Assembly (NCBI GenBank): GCA_015523565.1
Contig: WAKA01000140.1
Location: forward strand, 1 to 34,789
Reading direction: 5' to 3'
Source of the DNA: Candidatus Heimdallarchaeota archaeon
Lineage (GTDB): Archaea; Asgardarchaeota; Heimdallarchaeia; Heimdallarchaeales; Kariarchaeaceae
DNA: 34,789 nt
Position 1 is the stretch's first letter, and each line of letters opens with the position of its first letter. The notes under the pieces were generated by a model. The model searched no databases, was not told the origin of the DNA, and saw only the letters and a list, made by a program, of their open reading frames with translations. The position numbers were made by a program, and so were the translations under genes. Below, piece by piece: positions 27,378 through 34,789 of the stretch.

Positions 27378-28259
27378 ATGTCTACCACAATAAAGGCAAG
27401 GCGGAAAATTGATGAGCTGATAAAAAAAGTTCGCGCTTTTTACATAATTAATGAAACAGGGCTACTTGAGCATTATGAACATTTTGTTGATACCGATGAG
27501 GATCCTGACCTCCATAGTGCCATGTTTGCAACTGTCCATATGTATGCCAAACAACTTGGTGGTGGCGAAATTGAACTTATCTCCTTGGAAAATCACAAGT
27601 TTGCATTCAGTACCTATGAAGGAAAACTCGTTGTACTTAATGTTGACGTGGATATGGACCCAAGCGATAGCTTATGGCTAATTGAACAAATCATGGATCG
27701 CTTTGAAAGCATTGAAAGGCTTAGACAAAAAAATCCAGAAGGGCGGCTTCTCTTCAAATCCCTCTTTGAAGAGCTTGGGAAATCAATTGACTGGGAAACC
27801 ATCAAGTCAATCAGGGAAAGTGCAATCCTTGAGGATTTAAAGTCCAAGGACATTGTTGAAACCACTAATCTGACCAAAATCAATGTCAAGTCAAAAGTAT
27901 GGATCAAAATTCGCCAAATTATCTCCAAACTTGTTAAATCCCATACACAGCTTCTGGGATCATTATTCTTGCTCAAAAATAAAAACCATATCAATGTACT
28001 CTTCAGTGGAAGGGCTGAAGTCAACGATTTTCGTGACATTTTGGACAAATCCCTATCCGAATTGTCTGATCCCTTTGCAAATTTAGAACAGGAAGTCAAA
28101 ATGGTACCAATAATGAATGGTTATGCCGCCATGTTCCCTGCTTTTTGTTATGGAGGAGCAATCCTAATTCTTCTGTCTTCTGACCTTTATGAACTTGAGC
28201 GCCTTACTGCACAAACGCAGAGAATAGTTTCCGCTTTGGAAAAAATAACCTCTTCCTAG
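27378..28259 (+). CDS. Longin-like domain protein with a second roadblock/longin-like C-terminal domain
   Basis: N-terminal VRAFYIINETGL ... DPDLHSAMFATVH.YA..L....IE.I.L...KF.F ... LIEQI..RF; the C-terminal half has a helix-strand-strand-helix-strand-strand-strand-helix pattern. Confidence 0.65.
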   Translation: MSTTIKARRKIDELIKKVRAFYIINETGLLEHYEHFVDTDEDPDLHSAMFATVHMYAKQLGGGEIELISLENHKFAFSTYEGKLVVLNVDVDMDPSDSLWLIEQIMDRFESIERLRQKNPEGRLLFKSLFEELGKSIDWETIKSIRESAILEDLKSKDIVETTNLTKINVKSKVWIKIRQIISKLVKSHTQLLGSLFLLKNKNHINVLFSGRAEVNDFRDILDKSLSELSDPFANLEQEVKMVPIMNGYAAMFPAFCYGGAILILLSSDLYELERLTAQTQRIVSALEKITSS

Positions 28260-28318
28260 CCTATCTTTAGGTTCATATAATTGCATACTGTAATAAATTC
28301 TGAGGGATAATTTCTTCA

Positions 28319-30922
28319 ATGCAATCAAATTACACCTGCCCATATTGTTCCGGATTATTGGATTCCAGCAGACGTAGAGGTATTGTTACTTTCTATTGTG
28401 AATCCTGTGGATTTTCACACAAAGGAAAACCAGGATTTAATGAAGACGAGGTCTACCACCTGTTGTCAAACAAATTCCTTAGGCAAAAACAATCCCATCT
28501 TAAGGAAAATAAAGGATTCAAGGTCTCAACAAAAAAAAGGCAATCTGGCTGGACTAAGATTCGAAGCAGGAAATTGAAGAGAGATCCAATTATCGAACAA
28601 AATGCAAGAAATGCGATGGCAAAGATTCCTGAAAATGCACCAAGCTATTTGAAAAGAATTGCCGAAGACCAGTCATATTATTTTGTTGATTACAAATATC
28701 TTAAAGCCAATCCCCCCGAAACGGGAATGCCTGTTGAAAACACCATCATGTTCAATGGATTGCAATCAAAATTAAAAGAAAAAGGCATTTCTTCCCTGTA
28801 CAAATATCAAGAAGATGTGTATCATGCAATTGCTGAGGGGAATTCTGTAATCATTACTGCTCCAACGGGAATGGGAAAAACTGAAGCTTTCCTCATGCCA
28901 ATCCTTGAAAAAATTGTGTCTACAAATCCCAATCCATATGAAAGATCAGGACCCTATGCAATTTTCATTTATCCGACAAAAGCACTTGCAAAAGATCAAC
29001 TTATGAAAATTATAGAGTATTCCTCTGTTTTAGGGGTTACAGTCAAAAAATTTGACGGTGACACCACCAAGTCTGAACGGGACGAAATCTACCAATCTCC
29101 TCCTGACATTCTTCTGACCAATCCAGACATGATCCATTATCACCTTAGATCGAATTTCACTTTTCAGGCAATGGTTCGTAAGCTAAAATATTTAGTCATA
29201 GACGAAATCCATCTTTGCATCGGGTCTTATGGATCCAATGTGCTTTGGCTAATCCGAAGACTCAAAAGATTCAGCCCAAGCATCCAAATGATCGGCGCAA
29301 GTGCAACTGTCTCAAATGCAAAAGGTTTCGCAGAAACAATGTTTGAAACTGAAGTTAAGCATATTGGAATCTCTACAGCCCGAAAAGCGCCAATGCATCT
29401 TGCAATGGTTTACCCAAAAGAATCATCCAATCTTTCGACAATGTCAAGAATAATCCATTATTTAGTGGAGGCCAACAAAAAGACATTGGCTTTCGCAAAT
29501 AGTCATTTAACTGCTGAGGCTCTCAATCTTATCTTGAAAAACAATTCAATACTGTCTGAAGTGCATAGGGCGGGTCTTGAATATGCATACAGATCAAAAG
29601 TGGAAAATGCATTCAGGAAAGGACAACTTCAAGCTTTGGTTTCTACACCAACCTTGGAACTAGGGATTGATATTGGTGATTTGGACGCTGTTGTCACAAT
29701 GCTGACGGGATTGACCAATTTCATCCAAAGAATAGGTAGGGCTGGGAGAAGGGGTGATGAAAGCATTGCCGCTCTTGTGCTGAGAGGAGATGATCCAATC
29801 TCTGCTTTTTATGGTCGCCAACCCTCTGAATATCTAACTGAAATTGATCCTGTGTTTGTTGAACCCAACAATGATCTTGTTGGAACTATGCAATTACTTT
29901 CAATGGCTTTCGAACTGCCACTGACTGAGGAAGAATTGGATCAGTACTCGATTTTCTCCATACCACTGGTTGAAAAAGGAATACTTGTAAAATCAAATGG
30001 ACGATATCGGGTACGTGACAAACGAAAAGTGTCCAAAATTCTCCAAAACTTCTCTATAAGGGGCATAGGCGATTCCATTGATATCTTTTCAGGCTCAAAC
30101 AAAATTGGAAGCCGATCACTTCCAATGGCATTGAGTGAATTGCACCCAGGAGCAATTTATCTCCATGGTGGCAAAACTTATGAAGTTGTAGGATTTGACG
30201 GGGTGAAAAAATCCGCCACACTAAAAGCAACTGATAGAAAAGGGGAAAAAACACAGGCTGAAAGAACAATGTGGCCAACAATTATTGATGTCGAAAAAGA
30301 AATGAACTTCAACGGGATTTCTGCGGCATATCTGACTTTGGAATTGACAGAAACAGTTACTGGATATTATCGATCAAACATCTTTACAAATCGAATATTG
30401 GGACGATATCCTCTTGAAAAACCTCTACAGTATAAATTTAGGACCAAGGGTTTTGCGGTTCAATTTCCGCGTCCTGAAAAAATATTGGATGATACAATGG
30501 AAAATGAGGTAGATAACCTGCTCGGAGGAACTTTTCACGCTATCGAGCATGTCCTTATTGAATCTGGAAATTCTTTAACAGGGGGCGGTGCAACTCAAAT
30601 CGGCGGGCTTTCAATGGGTGACACCGGCTTGGTGTTTGTCTATGACGGTTCACCTGGTGGATCAGGTCTGTCAAAACTTTTGTTTGAAAGAATGGAAAAA
30701 GGAATCTTTAGAACCCTAAAAATATTGGAAGACTGTCCCTGCGGTCGAGTTGACGGGTGCCCTCGATGCACATATTCCTATCAATGTGGCAACAATAACC
30801 AACCATTGAATAGGATTGGTGCCATTGATTCGTTGAAACATTTTGGTAAAACATCCACTGAATTGGAATTTGATTTTGAAGGTGTGGAGACATTTATTGC
30901 AACCCCGGTTCATCCGTTTTGA
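28319..30922 (+). CDS. SF2 DEAD/DEAH-box helicase with DUF1998 Cys cluster (Hrq1/YprA/SftH family) and N-terminal zinc ribbon
   Basis: APTGMGKT, PTKALA.DQ, TNPDM, DEIH, SAT, TLELGIDIG, QRIGRAGRRG, HPGAIY, C-terminal CPC....GCPRC.....C; N-terminal CPYC...CESC. Confidence 0.92.
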   Translation: MQSNYTCPYCSGLLDSSRRRGIVTFYCESCGFSHKGKPGFNEDEVYHLLSNKFLRQKQSHLKENKGFKVSTKKRQSGWTKIRSRKLKRDPIIEQNARNAMAKIPENAPSYLKRIAEDQSYYFVDYKYLKANPPETGMPVENTIMFNGLQSKLKEKGISSLYKYQEDVYHAIAEGNSVIITAPTGMGKTEAFLMPILEKIVSTNPNPYERSGPYAIFIYPTKALAKDQLMKIIEYSSVLGVTVKKFDGDTTKSERDEIYQSPPDILLTNPDMIHYHLRSNFTFQAMVRKLKYLVIDEIHLCIGSYGSNVLWLIRRLKRFSPSIQMIGASATVSNAKGFAETMFETEVKHIGISTARKAPMHLAMVYPKESSNLSTMSRIIHYLVEANKKTLAFANSHLTAEALNLILKNNSILSEVHRAGLEYAYRSKVENAFRKGQLQALVSTPTLELGIDIGDLDAVVTMLTGLTNFIQRIGRAGRRGDESIAALVLRGDDPISAFYGRQPSEYLTEIDPVFVEPNNDLVGTMQLLSMAFELPLTEEELDQYSIFSIPLVEKGILVKSNGRYRVRDKRKVSKILQNFSIRGIGDSIDIFSGSNKIGSRSLPMALSELHPGAIYLHGGKTYEVVGFDGVKKSATLKATDRKGEKTQAERTMWPTIIDVEKEMNFNGISAAYLTLELTETVTGYYRSNIFTNRILGRYPLEKPLQYKFRTKGFAVQFPRPEKILDDTMENEVDNLLGGTFHAIEHVLIESGNSLTGGGATQIGGLSMGDTGLVFVYDGSPGGSGLSKLLFERMEKGIFRTLKILEDCPCGRVDGCPRCTYSYQCGNNNQPLNRIGAIDSLKHFGKTSTELEFDFEGVETFIATPVHPF

Positions 30923-31115
30923 TTCCCCACAAAACCCATTGAACTTACAATCTTCTTGGCATTCGTTCAAATTTGGCTCAATTTGATTAGACATTTGCTT
31001 TGAATTTGTAACTATTCTATGCATATATAATGGATTTGACCGTGCCGCAACGTAAAATTATATTTATGCATAACCATAACTTACATTCAGAACAATGACA
31101 TTACGAGGCATTAAA

Positions 31116-32441
31116 ATGGAAGAACATACTGACGGAAAAGCGAAGGTGCACTATACCTCTGAAGATGTTTTGGAATATCACACCAGCAATTTTCCCGGAA
31201 ATGGAAAGGTTGAAATTATTTCAAAAACATCTGTCAAAACAATTAGGGACTTGACTCTTGCTTATTCTCCTGGAGTTGCAGTGGCATGCAGGGAAATAGA
31301 AAAAGACCCTTATAACAATCTCCCAAAATACACAAACGTGGCCAATCAAGTTGCAGTCATCTCAAATGGAACTAGGATTTTGGGTCTTGGTGACATTGGT
31401 GTTGCAGGGATACCGGTCATGGAAGGTAAGGCCATTTTGTTCAAAGTTTTGGGTGCTGTTGATGCTTTTCCTTTTGTCTTGAATGAAAAAGACCCAGACA
31501 GGTTCATTGAACATGTGAAAGCAATGGCCCAAAATTTTGGTGGCATTAATCTTGAAGACATAAGAAAACCAGATTGCTTCTATATCGAAAGAACTTTGGA
31601 TAAGGAATTGGATATCCCCGTTTTTCATGATGACCAATGGGGAACTGCAATAGTGACAATGGCTGGACTTTTTAATTCATTGAAAATAGTTGATAAGGAT
31701 ATTAGGGAGATTAAAGTTGTTGTAAATGGTGCTGGTGCCGCAGGACTTGCCATTGCAAGAATGTTGCTTGATGCAGGCGTCAAGGGTGAAAACCTGATGG
31801 TGTTTGACCGCCATGGTCCAATCTATTCCGGAAGAATTGAGGGAATGGATCCATATAAAGAGGAAATTGCCCAACAAATAAATCCAAAGAAACTTGACAT
31901 CTCCTTGGACGAGGCAACAAATGGGATCGATGTTTTAATTGGTGTTTCCAATAAAAATGCTTTTACAAAAGCACATGTCTCATCAATGAATGACAACCCT
32001 ATTGTTTTTGGATTGGCCAACCCTGATCCAGAGATTAGCCCCAAGGACGCAATCGATGCAGGAGCTGTCATTGTCGCCACTGGAAGAAGTGACTACGCGA
32101 ATCAAATCAACAATGTCTTGGGATTCCCTGCCATTTTTAGAGGGGCTCTGGATATCCGTGCCAAAAGAATCACTGAGAATATGAGAGTAGCCGCGGCAAA
32201 AGCCATTGCAAGTGCAATTCCTGAGGAGAATCTAGACGTAAACCACATCATCGTCAAACCGACAGACCCCGAAGTCATGCCTAGAGAGGCTATGGCAGTT
32301 GCAAAAGCTGGAATTGAAGACGGCGTCAATCAGAATGACATGACACCTGAAGAAGTCTATGAATTAACCAAGAAAAGAATCGCGTTCTATAATAAACACT
32401 TTGCTACAGTTGTCTCTCTACGTAAAAACCCTGATGTCTAA
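31116..32441 (+). CDS. NAD(P)-dependent malic enzyme (short form, no PTA domain)
   Basis: AYSPGVA, ILGLGDIG, PVMEGK, NLEDI, HDDQWGT, GAGAAG, ANPDPEI and ATGRSD..NQINN. Start is at 31116 or 31095. Confidence 0.93.
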   Translation: MEEHTDGKAKVHYTSEDVLEYHTSNFPGNGKVEIISKTSVKTIRDLTLAYSPGVAVACREIEKDPYNNLPKYTNVANQVAVISNGTRILGLGDIGVAGIPVMEGKAILFKVLGAVDAFPFVLNEKDPDRFIEHVKAMAQNFGGINLEDIRKPDCFYIERTLDKELDIPVFHDDQWGTAIVTMAGLFNSLKIVDKDIREIKVVVNGAGAAGLAIARMLLDAGVKGENLMVFDRHGPIYSGRIEGMDPYKEEIAQQINPKKLDISLDEATNGIDVLIGVSNKNAFTKAHVSSMNDNPIVFGLANPDPEISPKDAIDAGAVIVATGRSDYANQINNVLGFPAIFRGALDIRAKRITENMRVAAAKAIASAIPEENLDVNHIIVKPTDPEVMPREAMAVAKAGIEDGVNQNDMTPEEVYELTKKRIAFYNKHFATVVSLRKNPDV

Positions 32442-33061
32442 TTTGTCTTGATCTCGGATATGATTTCCTTGAATTGTTTCAAGGTAATCTCTTGTGAGTG
32501 AAATGGCCATCTTTTATCCTCTGTGTTTATGACATAGTCTGCCAATGCTATCAAGTTTCCCAATCCATAACTGAGCTCTTTCCTGTCCCTAAGGTCAAAT
32601 CTTGAGATATCATTTGCCATTGCCATATCCTCTGTAAACTTTCCTTCTCCCTGTTGTTTTGAAGCCTCTTGCCTGTCTTGATTTGTCAACCTTCCATGAC
32701 GGGTTGGTCTTGAGGCATGGAAGGAAACAATGAATACGTTGTTCTCTCCAAGTTTTTTCCTCAACAGGTCTACTTCGCTTTGAGCCTTTACACCTGAAAG
32801 AAATACTACTGGTTTGTCATTATAATTTTCCTCAATAAATTCCAATGCCCTTTCCGTGAAATATGAATCAGATTGGGATTTGCATTCGCCTGCAACTTTC
32901 ACAATATTTTCTGGAGTTGCTTCCAATCCTCTTTCCTCTACGGCCTTATACACGAAGGTGCCAGTTTCCACCAAGGGAATGTCTTCCTCTTGCTCCAAAA
33001 TTCTTGCATGACTGGATTTGCCAGATAACGGTAGTCCAACTAAAATTATGACCTTCAACAT
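32438..33061 (-). CDS. P-loop NMP-kinase-fold protein (archaeal UPF0200 / dephospho-CoA-kinase-like)
   Basis: IILVGLPLSGKS Walker A, R..RL, RD.KEL.YGLG..IA.ADY.I; start TTG. Confidence 0.78.
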   Translation of the reverse strand: MLKVIILVGLPLSGKSSHARILEQEEDIPLVETGTFVYKAVEERGLEATPENIVKVAGECKSQSDSYFTERALEFIEENYNDKPVVFLSGVKAQSEVDLLRKKLGENNVFIVSFHASRPTRHGRLTNQDRQEASKQQGEGKFTEDMAMANDISRFDLRDRKELSYGLGNLIALADYVINTEDKRWPFHSQEITLKQFKEIISEIKTN

Positions 33062-33223
33062 TTAAGCACACTTTTTTTTGCTTCTTTTAAATTATCTCTA
33101 ATGTTCAATACCAGTGTAGACATTTTCCCTTAAGAATCAACGAAATGTGATGATATTCCCATTTAGTCATTGATTTTCCTGTTTATTTTCCCATTCCCTT
33201 TCAATGAAAAATCAGATGAACCT

Positions 33224-34789
33224 ATGGCATTACTATTAATTCGTTCAATTGACATTGCTTTAGTGAAAATTTCCATTCCTGAAATTGCAAAAAGAGCTTT
33301 GCTATTGATTGAAAAAAATGGATTTATTGCTTACCTCGTGGGAGGGACAGTTCGTGACCTCTTGCTGACCCAAATAACCAATGTTCCCCTAAAGCAAAAG
33401 GATTTGGATATTGATATTGCCACAAATGCAAGACCTGAGGAAATAAAAAAAATATTCAAAAAATTCAAGCAGTTCTATTCAGGCATTAGACATGGAACTG
33501 TAGGAATCAATTTCTATGGCACAAAAATAGATGTGACCACCTTTCGAATTGAAGAAAAATATTCTGATGGACGGAGACCTGACAAGGTTGTTTTTGTTAA
33601 TGAACTTATTCAAGACCTATCAAGACGTGATTTTACAATCAATGCAATGGCAACGGACCACGAGGGAAATGTCATTGACCCTTTCAATGGCATTGAAGAC
33701 ATGAAAAAAAGAATAATCAGAGCGGTCAATGATCCAAAAGAACGATTTTCTGAAGATTCCTTGAGAATGCTTCGTGCCGTAAGATTTGCCGCCAAACTTG
33801 ATTTTACCATAGAGGAAACAACACTTCAAGCAATAATGCTGCTCAATGGTCTGATTCAGATTCATAAAATATCGCGAGAACGAATTTTTATGGAATTGGA
33901 AAAAACGTTTTCTTACTCCCCCTCTAAAGGCATCAAATTACTTTTTGAAACACAACTGCATATTGTATTGTTTCCAGAAATTAGGGATCCAGATTCAAAA
34001 TTGCTTCGTTTTTCAAAAATTTTGGAAAAAGCTTCCTCCCCCACAGAAATTGTATGGGCTTTGATTTATCATGAGGATGTCTGGATTGCCCAATCTGTAC
34101 CGTTTAAATTTTCCAATCTCAGCATTGAGAAAATCTCTAAATTTTATCTCAATAAATACCCTGGAATGGGAAAGTGGAAGGCAATAAAAGTCTCAGTTCT
34201 CCTTATCCTTATCTCATCAGTCTTCCATATTACTGACGAGAAATTCAGTGAGGGAGAACTTTGGAGATGGTATTTCAAAACATGGCATTTTTTCCATAAA
34301 AAACAGAAGGATTACACGCGAGATGTTGTTAATATGGCTCAAAAAATTTTTTTGGCTCAAATGGAACTTAAATTGTCAAACTATTACCAAGCAATGAAGT
34401 ATCTTCCAATCATCGAAAATGCTTTTGAGAACTTCAAATTAAAAATTGACGGTGAAATGCTCAAAGCCATTGGACTTAAGGGAAAAACTATTTCCCATGC
34501 TCAATACCTTATTTTGTTCAGTTTTATTCTTAAAAAAGGCAGTGTATCTATAGACGATATTGTAGATGATTTGCGTCAAGACAAGGAAATCAGTTATACT
34601 GAACTTATTGATTTTATTTCCATGAACTATCCCACTGGCTCTCCAGATGAAATTGACACTTTCGTTCAATTTGTTTCATACAATGATAAGATCCGCCAGA
34701 AACTCAAAAATCAACTTATTATTTACACCTATTCAAAAAATGAATTTGAAAAGCTCAAAGATACTTGTTCTTTCATTGTTAAGGAAAAC
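33224..34789 (+). CDS. cca: Class II tRNA nucleotidyltransferase (CCA-adding enzyme), 3' end lies outside the window
   Basis: My own translation from ATG 33224 is open to the window end: YLVGGTVRDLLL, DIDIAT, GIRHGTV, DVTTFR.E.KYSDGRRP, DLSRRDFTINAMA, DPFNG..D, RFSEDSLRMLRAVRFAA, ISRERI..E and tail motif LKIDGE.L...GL.G. Confidence 0.9.
   Translation, partial: MALLLIRSIDIALVKISIPEIAKRALLLIEKNGFIAYLVGGTVRDLLLTQITNVPLKQKDLDIDIATNARPEEIKKIFKKFKQFYSGIRHGTVGINFYGTKIDVTTFRIEEKYSDGRRPDKVVFVNELIQDLSRRDFTINAMATDHEGNVIDPFNGIEDMKKRIIRAVNDPKERFSEDSLRMLRAVRFAAKLDFTIEETTLQAIMLLNGLIQIHKISRERIFMELEKTFSYSPSKGIKLLFETQLHIVLFPEIRDPDSKLLRFSKILEKASSPTEIVWALIYHEDVWIAQSVPFKFSNLSIEKISKFYLNKYPGMGKWKAIKVSVLLILISSVFHITDEKFSEGELWRWYFKTWHFFHKKQKDYTRDVVNMAQKIFLAQMELKLSNYYQAMKYLPIIENAFENFKLKIDGEMLKAIGLKGKTISHAQYLILFSFILKKGSVSIDDIVDDLRQDKEISYTELIDFISMNYPTGSPDEIDTFVQFVSYNDKIRQKLKNQLIIYTYSKNEFEKLKDTCSFIVKEN

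Noticed and set aside
28319-30922. The DUF1998 helicase as part of a DISARM or Druantia defence system
   Set aside because: No methyltransferase, PLD nuclease or other defence genes are adjacent; the neighbours are housekeeping.
30716-31024. 102-aa minus-strand Cys-containing ORF (ECQEDCKFNGFCG)
   Set aside because: Two-thirds of it overlaps the conserved helicase C-terminus on the opposite strand and no family is recognisable. It cannot be fully excluded but is unsupported.
1-34789. CRISPR arrays, IS elements, rRNA, inteins
   Set aside because: I saw no regularly spaced repeats, transposase motifs, rRNA-like segments or intein-sized insertions in gyrase or the helicase.

Overview
An AT-rich, tightly packed archaeal chromosomal segment with about 30 genes and one tRNA. 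An Asgard (Heimdallarchaeia-like) origin is inferred from a stand-alone roadblock protein, a longin-like protein, KEOPS Cgi121, a BHB-intron tRNA, AGGTGA ribosome-binding sites and TATA/BRE promoters, alongside bacterial-type gyrase and metabolic genes. I saw no CRISPR array, transposase or prophage. The gene content is mostly housekeeping or metabolic: gyrB/gyrA, lysine 6-aminotransferase, acyl-CoA dehydrogenase, glpK, a penicillin-acylase-type Ntn hydrolase, GDPD, malic enzyme, a DUF1998 helicase and a Ni/Co transporter. The most striking signal concerns tRNA maturation. A tRNA-His(GUG) at 18942-19058 carries two bulge-helix-bulge introns (37/38 and 59/60). It has eukaryote-like identity elements (A73, no encoded G-1, UUGUGGC loop), no encoded CCA, and a perfect 10-bp leader/trailer stem. 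A class II (bacterial/eukaryotic-type) CCA-adding enzyme, absent from the ORF track because it runs off the window, lies at the right edge. Other oddities are a gyrase with an altered quinolone pocket and matching acidic tails on both subunits, a GcvH-like protein lacking the lipoyl lysine, an oversized M48 protease, and a coiled-coil protein with a VCA-like C-terminus. All calls are by eye from motifs; no searches were run.
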